Positions 17,991 through 27,404 are shown, counted from the first letter of the stretch. The stretch is 64,000 nucleotides of DNA from Minisyncoccota bacterium (GCA_036405175.1 DASWYC010000002.1:537080-601079), one strand, 5' to 3'. Program-made: numbers and translations. The notes: generated from the sequence alone by a model not told the origin.

Positions 17991-18350
17991 ATGACACTTT
18001 TTGAGAAAATTATTGCACGAGAAATCCCCGCACATATTGTGTACGAGGATGATCACCACATTGCCTTTTTAGATATTTTCCCTGACGCACCTGGGCACAC
18101 ATTGCTTGTTCCTAAAAAGGTTACACGCTGGTTTTATGAAATGTCCGAGGAAGAATTTGCAACCCTCATGACAACCGGACATAAACTCACCAAACACCTT
18201 AACGAGAAGTTGGGATCAGAGTCAGTGAAACTTTTAATCTATGGTGAGAAAGTTCCGCACACCCACCTTCACCTTATTCCTCTCTACCCAGAAGGTTATC
18301 CATTACCAACCGACACGCTTGAGCAAATGACGGAGCGGCTCAAGGTATAA
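17991..18350 (+). CDS. HIT-family (histidine triad) hydrolase
   Basis: HTHLHLIP histidine triad. 119 aa. Confidence 0.8.
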   Translation: MTLFEKIIAREIPAHIVYEDDHHIAFLDIFPDAPGHTLLVPKKVTRWFYEMSEEEFATLMTTGHKLTKHLNEKLGSESVKLLIYGEKVPHTHLHLIPLYPEGYPLPTDTLEQMTERLKV

Positions 18351-18382
18351 CCATCCCACAACTTGGTTAGCGAAACAGTGTT

Positions 18383-18499
18383 AACAAAAACCACTTTGTA
18401 GCAGTCGCGCAGACGGCTGATAATGAGCACGTTGTGCGAATATATCAGACCGCGAGCGTAGGGCCGATAGAGCCCGCTGCGTACAAAGTGGTTTTTGTT
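18383..18499. repeat. Structured repeat element copy C (short subtype), between convergent HIT and pgk genes, inserted at the centre of the 36-bp palindrome aacaaaaaccactttgta|tacaaagtggtttttgtt
   Basis: Conserved core gcagtcgcgcagacggctgataatgagcacgttgtgcgaatatatcagaccgcgagcgtagggccgatagagcccgctgcg. Flanked by a perfect 18-bp inverted repeat that resembles a split bidirectional terminator. Confidence 0.85.
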
Positions 18500-18515
18500 A
18501 TTTAAGAATGTTTCA

Positions 18516-19640
18516 CTATCTCAGCCCCTCAATCCCTACCAGTGTTCCGGTGCCAAGATAATCAAGCAATGCACCACCACCTGTTGAGACAAAAATATTT
18601 TTATGGTTCACAATCTCATCAGACAAGAATACCAGCGTATCACCTCCTCCCATCACCACCTTCTTATCAAGATTCATGAGAAGTTTCACCAACATATGAG
18701 TTGCTATACTATCCCCCTTCCCAAGTTGTCCATTCCAAAAAATCTTCTCAACATTTTTAAAACGTTCCACAAGAACAACCTCAAGTGTTTTCGGATCTGC
18801 ATCCCAGATCATTTCACCGGCTCGAATCTCTTTTACTGACACCGCATGATCCGTTGCAAGATTAGTGCGCACCAGCTCCGGTGCAAACATGCGAGTGTCG
18901 TGCGGAATGTCGGCAAGTTTAATATTCTTATCGGTGAGTGAATCACCAATTGAATACCCAAGTGATTCATAGTACGGATGAGCAAGTGCACCACCAAGCA
19001 TCAAAAACTGCAACAATGGATTTTCCAAAAATCCTTTCACAAGGGGCAGTTTGGTTGAAAGTTTATCTCCACCAATAATCACCCCAAGTGTTTCATCGCT
19101 CATAATGAAACTATCAATGGTGTGAAGTTCAAGAACCATTCCTTCTCCCAAATAGGCTGGTAACTTTTTTGCAATCCCCGAAACACTTGCGTGATCTCGA
19201 TGTGAAACAGAAAACGCCTCATTCACAAACACCTCACCGAGTGATGTGTATAAATCAACAACCGCTGGATCATTGGTAGTTTCACCAGTAAGCGTGCGTA
19301 CATTTTGAAGCAACAACACCTCACCATCTTCAAGGTTATTCACCACCTCTTTCAAACCTTCATCAAAACTTCCGTAGAAACTTGGATAAATGTTATAGAG
19401 TTCAAACAATGGAATAAGTGTCTCGGTGCTACGCGCACCATCGTCACCCAAGTGTGTCATCAAGATTACGCGTGCACCGGCTTCTGACAACTTATGAATA
19501 GTGTCCCGCGCACGCTCCAAACGAAGCAGTGAGATTCCTTTCTCTCCACGCTCCACAACTTCTTCTGGAATATTCCCATCAAAGCGCACAAGCACGCGCT
19601 TACCCTTACAATTTTTATAAAGATCGTGAATATTATTCAT
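18516..19640 (-). CDS. pgk: Phosphoglycerate kinase
   Basis: 374 aa. N-terminal …VLVRFDGNIP… and hinge/C-domain …GGGDT… are PGK-like. Adjacent to tpiA. Confidence 0.8.
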   Translation of the reverse strand: MNNIHDLYKNCKGKRVLVRFDGNIPEEVVERGEKGISLLRLERARDTIHKLSEAGARVILMTHLGDDGARSTETLIPLFELYNIYPSFYGSFDEGLKEVVNNLEDGEVLLLQNVRTLTGETTNDPAVVDLYTSLGEVFVNEAFSVSHRDHASVSGIAKKLPAYLGEGMVLELHTIDSFIMSDETLGVIIGGDKLSTKLPLVKGFLENPLLQFLMLGGALAHPYYESLGYSIGDSLTDKNIKLADIPHDTRMFAPELVRTNLATDHAVSVKEIRAGEMIWDADPKTLEVVLVERFKNVEKIFWNGQLGKGDSIATHMLVKLLMNLDKKVVMGGGDTLVFLSDEIVNHKNIFVSTGGGALLDYLGTGTLVGIEGLR

Positions 19641-19643
19641 ATA

Positions 19644-20363
19644 TTATTTGAGTGAATTAATAAACTGAGCGAGCTCGTCCGGCTTGCGTGACAGTGATCC
19701 GATCAAGAACCCATCTACATTAAACTGCGAAAGTTCTTCTGCCGAAAAATCTGATACTGATCCACCGTAAAGCACCTGATCAAATCCAAGACTTCTAATA
19801 TGTTCGATCGTGCGGATACAGTGTGTAACTACTTCCTCATGTATCATGCCAAACATATCATCTTTATTTGTTGAGATAAGCCACTGCGGTTCATATGCGA
19901 CAAAAATCACAAAATTTTTTGTTATTTTTAGTCTATGCAAATTCTCTAATTCCTGATAGAGGGTCTCCATAATGTCTGATGTTGGCGTTGCCTCTCCAAC
20001 GCAAACTACCAACGTTATTGTGTCTGGTGCAGCAGCAAGAATACGTTCAACTTCTTCTGCGGTCATTCCTGCGCGGCGTTCATCCGAATGACCCACCAAT
20101 CCGTACTTAACGCCAAATTGTGAAATAAACTGAGGATCAGTCGAGCCGGTACCGCCTCCCTCACTCAAACGTACACCTTGCACACCAACCCCGACCTTTC
20201 CCAAAACCTCTACCCCAAGATTGGCAACCTTCTCAACAAATACTGGTGGTACAAACATCACCACCTCCTGCTGAATACCCGAATACCCAGCAACCAACTC
20301 CTTGTACTCCTCGACCGACTTCAACGCATTCTTTGGATTCAAAAAAATATGGTATGGTTTCAT
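19644..20363 (-). CDS. tpiA: Triosephosphate isomerase
   Basis: …VAYEPQWLI…, …GHSDERR…, …YGGSV… TIM signature segments. 239 aa. Confidence 0.85.
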   Translation of the reverse strand: MKPYHIFLNPKNALKSVEEYKELVAGYSGIQQEVVMFVPPVFVEKVANLGVEVLGKVGVGVQGVRLSEGGGTGSTDPQFISQFGVKYGLVGHSDERRAGMTAEEVERILAAAPDTITLVVCVGEATPTSDIMETLYQELENLHRLKITKNFVIFVAYEPQWLISTNKDDMFGMIHEEVVTHCIRTIEHIRSLGFDQVLYGGSVSDFSAEELSQFNVDGFLIGSLSRKPDELAQFINSLK

Positions 20364-20532
20364 AACTCAAGTATACCCCCTTCTCTTTAAAATACCGATT
20401 CGCCCCAATCCAAAAATATGGTATGCTGAAATTGCGTCATGGTAGTCAACCGTGATTATTACAAAAATTAAAACAGGGCTCGTGCCGTCACTTGGCAACA
20501 TACAATTTATTGCACGGACGCCTCAACTAAAT

Positions 20533-21771
20533 ATGATCGATCTTAAAGCATTAAAGGCAACACTCGAACTGCTTGAAACCGAGAAAAATATTCCTCGCGA
20601 GAAAGTTATCGAAGCCATCGAATTTGCACTCGCTGCAGCATTCAAAAAGGATTACGGAAAGAAGGGTCAGGTTATCCGCTGTACCTTCAATCAGGAAACT
20701 GGCGAGATGGACTTTGTTCAAGTTAAGACTGTGGTTAATGACACCACGGTTCGCCCAGCGCTCACCGCTGCAGATCTCGAAGCAATGAAAGAAGGAACGT
20801 TTGTTGAAGATGAGCCATCCGAGGATGGCGTAGAACCACTTCCCCGCTTCGATCAGGAAAAACACATTAACATAGCTGATGCTAAAAAAATTAAAGGAGG
20901 TGTTGAGCTTGAAGACGAAATTGTCTTCCCACTTGAAACCCCGGATGGATTTGGACGCATCGCAGCACAAACCGCAAAACAGGTTATCATCTCTCGCATC
21001 AAAGATGCAGAACGTGAGACCGTTGCACATGAGTATCGTGAAAAGATTGGAAACATTCTTCACGGAGTAATTACTAAGTATGATCGCGGAACGGTGTACA
21101 TTGAATTCCCTCGCGCACTCGGAATTCTTGCTCGTGACGAACAGATTCCTGGAGAATTTTACAAACCAGGTCAACGCATCAAAGCATACCTTCAGGATGT
21201 TGAGAACAGCTACAAGGGAGTACTCCTTAAGCTCTCTCGCTCACACCCACTCTTTGTTGAATCACTCTTCACTCTTGAGTCTCCAGAAGTTGCCGGCGGC
21301 ATTGTTGAAATTAAATCAATCGCCCGTGAACCAGGATCACGCTCAAAGATTGCCGTGTCATCAAATGATCCAGCAATCGATCCAGTTGGATCATGTATTG
21401 GTCAACGTGGAAGCCGCGTAAGCTCAATCACCACAGAATTGAATGGCGAGAAAATCGACATCATTCCATGGTCAGCAGATGCAACCGAGTTTATTGCAAA
21501 CTCATTGGCACCGGCTCAAGTACTTTCTGTAACTATTGAAGAAGAGAATCACTTGGCGCACATTGATGTTGCTGAAGATCAACTCTCACTCGCAATTGGT
21601 AAAGGAGGACAAAATGTTCGCCTTGCAGTAAAGCTCACCGGATGGAGAATTGATATCAACGGAATCACTCCTGATGATAACTCAATCACCGAATTGGTTG
21701 ACTCACTTATTAAAACCGATGATTCAGAAGAAGCAGAAGCTGCTGACGACGAATCTGAAGACGATAAATAA
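20533..21771 (+). CDS. nusA: Transcription termination/antitermination factor NusA (start at MIDLKALKA)
   Basis: N-terminal domain …NIPREKVIEAIEFALAAAFKK…, S1 and tandem KH regions (…GKGGQNVRLAVKLTGWRIDI…), acidic tail. Confidence 0.85.
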   Translation: MIDLKALKATLELLETEKNIPREKVIEAIEFALAAAFKKDYGKKGQVIRCTFNQETGEMDFVQVKTVVNDTTVRPALTAADLEAMKEGTFVEDEPSEDGVEPLPRFDQEKHINIADAKKIKGGVELEDEIVFPLETPDGFGRIAAQTAKQVIISRIKDAERETVAHEYREKIGNILHGVITKYDRGTVYIEFPRALGILARDEQIPGEFYKPGQRIKAYLQDVENSYKGVLLKLSRSHPLFVESLFTLESPEVAGGIVEIKSIAREPGSRSKIAVSSNDPAIDPVGSCIGQRGSRVSSITTELNGEKIDIIPWSADATEFIANSLAPAQVLSVTIEEENHLAHIDVAEDQLSLAIGKGGQNVRLAVKLTGWRIDINGITPDDNSITELVDSLIKTDDSEEAEAADDESEDDK

Positions 21772-21776
21772 TTATA

Positions 21777-22315
21777 TGAATCTTTGGCATGACGTTACGC
21801 GAGGAGATAACTTCCCTCAAGAACTTAACACCATTATTGAGATCCAAGCAGGTTCACCTAATAAGTACGAGATTGATAAAGATACCGGACTTATTAAATT
21901 GGATCGTGCTAATTACTCAAGCGCTCCCTATCCATTTGATTACGGATTTGTTCCGCAAACATTATGGGATGATGGCGATGCGCTTGATGTGGTAGTGCTT
22001 ACCACCTACCCACTTTTCCCAGGAGTACTCGTGAATGTTCGTCCGGTTGCGATTATGGAAATGATCGACAGCGGCGAATCTGATCACAAGATCCTTGGAG
22101 TTCCGGTAGATGATAAGCGCTGGGATGATGTGCATGATCTTAAAGATCTCAACAAGCACACCCTCAAAGAAATCTCTCACTTTTTTGAAACCTATAAGGA
22201 ACTCAAGAAAGGCAAAAAAGGAGAAATTGAAATCGGGGAGTTTAAAGGAAAAGACGATGCACTTGCTGCGATCGAAAAATCTAAAAAGCTCTACGAAGAA
22301 AAGTTTGGGAAGTAA
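21777..22315 (+). CDS. ppa: Inorganic pyrophosphatase with short Lys-rich C-terminal tail
   Basis: …IEIQAGSPNKYEIDKDTG…DYGFVPQTLWDDGDALDVVVL… are family I PPase motifs. Start at MNLWHD. Confidence 0.85.
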
Positions 22316-22328
22316 TTTCCAGAACCAC

Positions 22329-22358
22329 AAAACCCCACATCAATTGATGTGGGGTTTT
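22329..22358. terminator. Bidirectional terminator aaaaccccacatcaattgatgtggggtttt
   Basis: Perfect 12-bp stem, flanked by A and T runs. Lies between ppa (+) and the Thr-rich ORF (-). Confidence 0.75.
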
Positions 22359-22438
22359 GCATATTTAGATGCTATAGAGAAAACCACCCTTTCGGGTGGT
22401 TTTCGATGTGCGATATATATGTGCGCGCACGAACGAGA

Positions 22439-22705
22439 CTATTTCTTTACTGGTGCTGCTGTTGTAGTAGCAGGTGCAGCTGGAACTACTGGAGTTTCTA
22501 CGGTAGTATTGGTTTCCGTAGTAGTGGTTGTAGTTTCTGCAGGAACTCCTTCAACTGGAGTTGTAGTAGTTTCTGTAGTTGTAGTTTCAGTAGTAGTCTC
22601 AGTTCCTTTCTTTGATGAACGGATTACGAATACAAGGATTACCACGATCGCGATCACGATAATTACTGCGAGTACTGCGCTTCCTTTTGCTGATTTATTG
22701 ATCAT
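22439..22705 (-). CDS. Small TM-anchored Thr/Pro-rich (mucin-like) protein
   Basis: N-terminal TM helix AVLAVIIVIAIVVILVFVI followed by TETTTETTTTETTTTP… low-complexity region. Terminator downstream. The plus-strand mirror ORFs are judged spurious. Confidence 0.4.
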   Translation of the reverse strand: MINKSAKGSAVLAVIIVIAIVVILVFVIRSSKKGTETTTETTTTETTTTPVEGVPAETTTTTTETNTTVETPVVPAAPATTTAAPVKK

Positions 22706-22856
22706 ATTTGAACTTTAATCTAGTGTACAAAGAGAACCGATGTTCTTTTATAATTACACATCGACCGTGTACCATCCTAGTATACAATGCTTATTTACAA
22801 GGTCAATTTACTTTCCACATAACACCACACAATTATTACTCAATAAAGTCTTCATG

Positions 22857-22883
22857 TTGAGTCGCGCCTGCGGCGCGACTCAA
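22857..22883. other. GC-rich perfect hairpin ttgagtcgcgcc-tgc-ggcgcgactcaa in the tig upstream region
   Basis: 12-bp stem seen directly. Shares the gagtcgcgc / ggcgcgac motifs with the 5-copy repeat family. Confidence 0.5.
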
Positions 22884-22946
22884 CCATATCCCATCTTTAC
22901 ATTTATAGGTTTTATCGGTACACTTCCGTAACTAATAACTATATAT

Positions 22947-24032
22947 ATGTCTATGAAATTCACCTCATCAAAAGCCGACAGCGCTACCCCATCACGTGTT
23001 GTACTTACGGTATCTATTCCCTGGAACGAGCTTGAATCGCTTCGTCCAGCAGCAATTAAAACCCTTGGTGCTCAAGTGCAGATGGACGGATTCCGTGCAG
23101 GACATGTTCCAGAAGAGATGCTCCTCAAAAAAATCCCGGCTCATCATATTTTGGGCGAAATGGCTGACAGTGCAATTCAAGCAGTCTATATTGATCTCAT
23201 TAAAGAAAATAATATTACCCCGATTGGAAAGCCCGACATTAATCTTAAAAAACTCGCAGAAGGAAATGAATTTGAATTTACCGTTGAAACTGATGTTCTT
23301 CCAGAAATCACCCTTCCAAAAGACCTTGAAGCACAAGCAAAGAAGTTCTTGTCTCCAGAAATTAATGTTGAGGTTTCAGATGATGAGGTGACCCAGGCAC
23401 TCAAAGAAATCCAAACGATGCGCTATCAACGTGACGGCCACGATGTTCCTGAAGAACTTCCCGAGCTTGATGACGCATTTGCTCAAACCCTTGGAAAGTT
23501 TCAAACGTTGGCAGAAGTGCGCGAGGTAATCAAAGACAATATTGAACACGAAAAAATGCACCATGAAATTGATAAACGCCACGGAGAATTCTATGACGCA
23601 ATTGCAGATGCAGTAACCACAGATATGCCGCAAAGCATTGTTCAATTTGAAATCGACAAGCGCATTTCCCAGCTTGAATACGATGCTGCAATGGGAGGCT
23701 CAACGCTCGATGAGTATCTTGCATCTATTGAGAAGACCCGTGAGACATTACTTGAAGAAATGACTCCCGTTGCCACCAAGTCTGCAAAGCTCGAACTTAT
23801 CTTTAACGAAATCGCCAACCAGAATAACTTAATACCCGATGAAAAGATGATTGAAGAAGAAGTACAAGCGGCCACAACTCGCTATAAAGATTCAAAAGAT
23901 TTTGATGTTAACCGCGCTCGCGACTACTTCTATACCGTATACAAAAATCGCATGGTAGTGCACCACCTTGATGTTCTTGGAGGACTCCCTCACATTCATC
24001 ATGATGAACATGACCACCATCACCACGACTAA
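22947..24032 (+). CDS. tig: Trigger factor lacking the PPIase domain, with His-rich C-terminal tail
   Basis: N-domain …AQVQMDGFRAGHVPEEMLLKK… and C-domain pattern. No FKBP-type GDxVxIDF segment. Tail HIHHDEHDHHHHD. Canonical tig-clpP adjacency. Confidence 0.75.
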   Translation: MSMKFTSSKADSATPSRVVLTVSIPWNELESLRPAAIKTLGAQVQMDGFRAGHVPEEMLLKKIPAHHILGEMADSAIQAVYIDLIKENNITPIGKPDINLKKLAEGNEFEFTVETDVLPEITLPKDLEAQAKKFLSPEINVEVSDDEVTQALKEIQTMRYQRDGHDVPEELPELDDAFAQTLGKFQTLAEVREVIKDNIEHEKMHHEIDKRHGEFYDAIADAVTTDMPQSIVQFEIDKRISQLEYDAAMGGSTLDEYLASIEKTRETLLEEMTPVATKSAKLELIFNEIANQNNLIPDEKMIEEEVQAATTRYKDSKDFDVNRARDYFYTVYKNRMVVHHLDVLGGLPHIHHDEHDHHHHD

Positions 24033-24061
24033 TTATTAGGATATAATTGAGATACATATAT

Positions 24062-24646
24062 ATGTTAATCCCAACCGTACTTGAAAAAACAGCTAATGGA
24101 GAACGCGCGTATGATATTTACTCTCGCCTTCTCCGCGATCGCATTATCTTTTTAGGAGATGCCGTTGATGATCATTCAGCAAGCTTGCTGGTTGCTCAAA
24201 TGCTTTTCCTTGAAGCAGAAGATCCGAAGAAAGATATTCACCTCTATGTAAACTCACCTGGAGGAAGCATCTCTGCCATGCTTGCGATCATTGACACCAT
24301 GAACCACATCAAACCGGATGTTTCTACGATTTGTGTAGGAATGGCGGCATCTGCAGGGGCATGGATCCTTTCAGCAGGCGCAAAAGGAAAACGATTTGCG
24401 CTCCCTAACTCAACCGTTATGCTTCACCAACCTCTTGGAGGAGCACAAGGACAAGCATCTGATATTGAAATTACCGCAAAAAATATTCTTAAGATTCGCG
24501 ACTTGATGGTAAAAATGATGGTAAAAAATACCGGAAAATCAGCCGAGCAAGTCCGCAAAGATATTGACCGCGATTACTGGCTTGATGCCGAAGAGGCTAA
24601 AAAGTACGGTATCGTAGATGAGATTTTAAAATCAAAACAGAAATAA
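24062..24646 (+). CDS. clpP: ATP-dependent Clp protease proteolytic subunit
   Basis: …[14 protein letters not shown]…; catalytic Ser context [11 protein letters not shown]; …MLHQPLGG…. Confidence 0.9.
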   Translation: MLIPTVLEKTANGERAYDIYSRLLRDRIIFLGDAVDDHSASLLVAQMLFLEAEDPKKDIHLYVNSPGGSISAMLAIIDTMNHIKPDVSTICVGMAASAGAWILSAGAKGKRFALPNSTVMLHQPLGGAQGQASDIEITAKNILKIRDLMVKMMVKNTGKSAEQVRKDIDRDYWLDAEEAKKYGIVDEILKSKQK

Positions 24647-24660
24647 TTGGCAAAACAATT

Positions 24661-24692
24661 AAAGCCCGACGAGCTTCACTCGTCGGGCTTTA
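24661..24692 (+). terminator. Terminator aaagcccgacgagcttcactcgtcgggcttt after clpP
   Basis: 11-bp stem plus T-run. Confidence 0.7.
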
Positions 24693-24790
24693 ATCTTATC
24701 TTCATTTGTCGTCACAACAAAATCTGTTATGATCAAGATGAGGACCTTCCGTCACGACTGATCCTCATTACTCAATAATCATTTCCGCAT

Positions 24791-26308
24791 ATGCCCACCC
24801 TACAGATTCTTGGTGGTGTGGTGGCAGGTATTGGAATTGGATACATCATTTGGTATATCCGCCACCAGCTTGCAGCAAAAAATGTCGATTTTGACATCAA
24901 AGCAAAAACCCTGAAAGCCAAGGAAGAAATTCAAACCATGATGGACGAGGCTAAAGAAAAAGCCGAGAAAATCATTACCGAGGCACGCGACAAGCATGAC
25001 ATCCGTGAAAAAGAGCTCATAACGCTCCAGGAAAAGTTCCTCCAAAAAGAAGAATTGCTCGAAGCGCGCCGCAATGACATTACCAATCACGAGCAGCTCC
25101 TTAAAACCAAGATTGAAGAGATCGAAGCGCTCAAGGTTGAGGCTCGTCAAAAACTTGATGAACGTGCAAAAAAGATTGAAGATCTTGCCAAGCTTACCAA
25201 AGATGAGGCACTCGACCTTCTTAAGCATGAAGTCGCCAAAGATCATCAAGATGATCTCGCAAAGCTCATGGCAACATTTGAGCTTCAAAAAAAAGAAGAG
25301 CTTGGAAAACGAGCTCAAGATATTCTGGTTTCAACTATTCACCGTCTTGCTTCATCGACTGCATCAGAGATTACCGTAACCACGGTACAAATCCCGTCTG
25401 ATGAAATCAAAGGAAAAGTGATCGGACGCGAAGGACGCAATATTCGTACGTTTGAACGCGTGCTGGGCGTAGAGCTTTTGGTGGACGATACTCCAGGAGC
25501 AATAATTATCTCATCATTTGATCCGGTACGTCGCCAGATTGCCCGCGTTGCACTTGAGAACTTGATTAGCGACGGTCGCATTCAGCCCGCCAAGATTGAA
25601 GAGTTTGCCGAAAAAGCAAAGTCTGAAATCCATGAAATCATTAAACAACAAGGAGAAGCCGCTTGTTTAGAGCTTGGCATCTACAACTTTGATCCACGCC
25701 TCGTTGCTCTTGTTGGTCGTCTTCATTTTAGAACCAGTTACGGCCAAAATGTATTAAACCATTCAATTGAAATGGCGCACCTTGCAGCCATGCTTGCAGA
25801 AGAACTTGGCGCCGATGTATACATTTCAAAAGCAGCCGCACTCGTGCATGATATTGGAAAAGCACTTGATCACGAATTCCAAGGCTCACACATTGAAATT
25901 GGCATTAAAGTGCTTCGCAAATACGGCGTTGATGAGCGCATCATAACCGCCATGAAATCTCATCATGATGATTATCCTCATGAAACGATTGAAGCAGTTA
26001 TTATTCAAACCTGCGATATGATTTCTGGAGCGCGCCCCGGTGCTCGCCGTGATACCGTTGAGAATTACATTAAGCGACTCACTGATCTTGAAAATATTGC
26101 AAACAATATGGAGGGTATTGAAAAAGCATATGCCCTCTCTGCTGGTCGTGAGATTAGAGTATTTGTGAATCCACACGATATTACTGACATGGATGCATAC
26201 AAACTCGCTCGTGAACTTGCCCAGAAGATTGAATCTTCATTAAGTTATCCGGGTGAAATTAAAATCACCTTGATACGCGAATCACGCATTATTGATTTTG
26301 CGAGATAA
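24791..26308 (+). CDS. rny: Ribonuclease Y
   Basis: N-terminal TM helix, coiled coil, KH domain (…GREGRNIRTFE…), and HD domain (…HSIEMAHLAAMLAEELG…HDIGK…). Confidence 0.9.
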   Translation: MPTLQILGGVVAGIGIGYIIWYIRHQLAAKNVDFDIKAKTLKAKEEIQTMMDEAKEKAEKIITEARDKHDIREKELITLQEKFLQKEELLEARRNDITNHEQLLKTKIEEIEALKVEARQKLDERAKKIEDLAKLTKDEALDLLKHEVAKDHQDDLAKLMATFELQKKEELGKRAQDILVSTIHRLASSTASEITVTTVQIPSDEIKGKVIGREGRNIRTFERVLGVELLVDDTPGAIIISSFDPVRRQIARVALENLISDGRIQPAKIEEFAEKAKSEIHEIIKQQGEAACLELGIYNFDPRLVALVGRLHFRTSYGQNVLNHSIEMAHLAAMLAEELGADVYISKAAALVHDIGKALDHEFQGSHIEIGIKVLRKYGVDERIITAMKSHHDDYPHETIEAVIIQTCDMISGARPGARRDTVENYIKRLTDLENIANNMEGIEKAYALSAGREIRVFVNPHDITDMDAYKLARELAQKIESSLSYPGEIKITLIRESRIIDFAR

Positions 26309-26320
26309 TCAAATCATAGT

Positions 26321-26352
26321 AAATGCCTCTCATTAAAAATGAGAGGCATTTC
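26321..26352. terminator. Bidirectional terminator aaatgcctctcattaaaaatgagaggcattt
   Basis: 11-bp stem. Lies downstream of rny (+) and of the frameshifted membrane-protein gene (-). Confidence 0.7.
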
Positions 26353-26353
26353 T

Positions 26354-26720
26354 TTATTCGCCCAAAATCAAACCCCTTATCATGCCCACAACAACGAACT
26401 CTGCACCTACTAAGAGGGCAAGGAAAAGAATGATAGCAAAATTATTAAAACCCTTAGAGTATCCATATTTATATGTAAACCAGTGTCTTTTAACTCCTTC
26501 CCAAGATATCATAGCCACCACAGCAACATTCAACACAAGTAGCATGCTCAATATAGGCCACATATATTTTGTGTAATATATCTCAATATCTTCAGGTGTA
26601 CTCTCAAAATAAAGTATTGGAATAGCTTCTAAAAAGACTTGGACCCCAATAAATACTGCAATTATAGCGATCTTTAGCCAATAGCGCTCTCCGAGCCAAT
26701 AATGAAGTTGTTTTTTTCAT
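26354..26720 (-). pseudogene. Small multi-TM membrane protein gene interrupted by a +1 frameshift in an A7 tract immediately after the ATG (possible phase-variable or slippage site, or sequencing error)
   Basis: An ATG at 26718-26720 (minus strand) is followed by A7. Removing one A gives a continuous 121-aa ORF MKKQLHYWLGERYWLKIAIIAVFIGVQVFLEAIPILYF…MWPILSMLLVL…, which joins the 69-aa ORF called in the track. Confidence 0.45.
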
Positions 26721-26867
26721 TTCAGTTTTCTTTTAAATTAAGGATTATTTAAAAAACACTATACCAATCCACACAAATAAGTCAATACCACTTTTCAAAA
26801 ACCCTTAGTTTATAATATATCTAGCACGCATCGATGTGCTTAAGCATAATTACCAAACTATCTAAGT

Positions 26868-27140
26868 ATGAAGAAACAAGACATCATCAACATGTTCGCT
26901 GAGATGCTCGACATCACCAAGGTTAAAGCAACCGAAGTTGTTGAAGCACTCTTTGAAACCATTTCTAAAGAAATGAAGAAAGGAGGAAGTGTTGATATTG
27001 CAGGATTTGGTAGCTTCCTAGCTGCACCTGTAAAAGCTTCAGTAAAGCGCAACCCAAAGACCGGAGCATCAGTAAATGTTCCTGCGCACAAGAAGCCAAA
27101 ATTCCGTCCTGCAAAGGCACTCAAGGAATTGGTGTACTAA
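26868..27140 (+). CDS. hup: DNA-binding protein HU
   Basis: 90 aa. …GGSVDIAGFGSF…RNPKTGASVNVPAHKKPKFRPAKALKE is the HU arm motif. Confidence 0.85.
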   Translation: MKKQDIINMFAEMLDITKVKATEVVEALFETISKEMKKGGSVDIAGFGSFLAAPVKASVKRNPKTGASVNVPAHKKPKFRPAKALKELVY

Positions 27141-27220
27141 TTTGAGTCATCGACTCCCCTGCGGTCAACAGGGTCCTCTATATTTCTGGTGTAGTATCCG
27201 CAATACATATTACCCGCATT

Positions 27221-27244
27221 AAAATCCCTCGAATGAGGGATTTT
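27221..27244 (+). terminator. Terminator aaaatccctcgaatgagggatttt after hup
   Basis: 10-bp stem. Same stem sequence as the terminator at 10927 with a different loop. Confidence 0.65.
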
Positions 27245-27333
27245 AATGTACTCTATAATTTTAAGAGTTTGATATGGATTATTTAAGGAAGGACGAGCAA
27301 TAAATAAAACCTCATTTGAGGCTTTATTTTCTG

Positions 27334-27404
27334 TGCGGGTGAAGGGAATCGAACCCTTGTCTTCTGCTTGGAAGGCAGACATTCTACCACTAGACCACAC
27401 CCGC
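27334..27404 (-). tRNA. tRNA-Gly (anticodon UCC)
   Basis: Cloverleaf: acceptor gcgggtg/cacccgc; anticodon stem tctgc/gcaga with loop cttccaa; T-arm aaggg-ttcgatt-ccctt. Confidence 0.85.

Noticed and set aside
22110-22718. Plus-strand ORFs (202 aa and 88 aa) with poly-Val/Ser/Cys low-complexity mirroring the Thr-rich minus-strand ORF
   Set aside because: The 5' part overlaps ppa in another frame, and the remainder is the antisense of the TM-anchored Thr-rich ORF. The minus-strand reading has a plausible TM anchor and a terminator context.
27137-27400. 87-aa minus-strand ORF
   Set aside because: Overlaps tRNA-Gly(UCC) and the hup terminator. Not coding.
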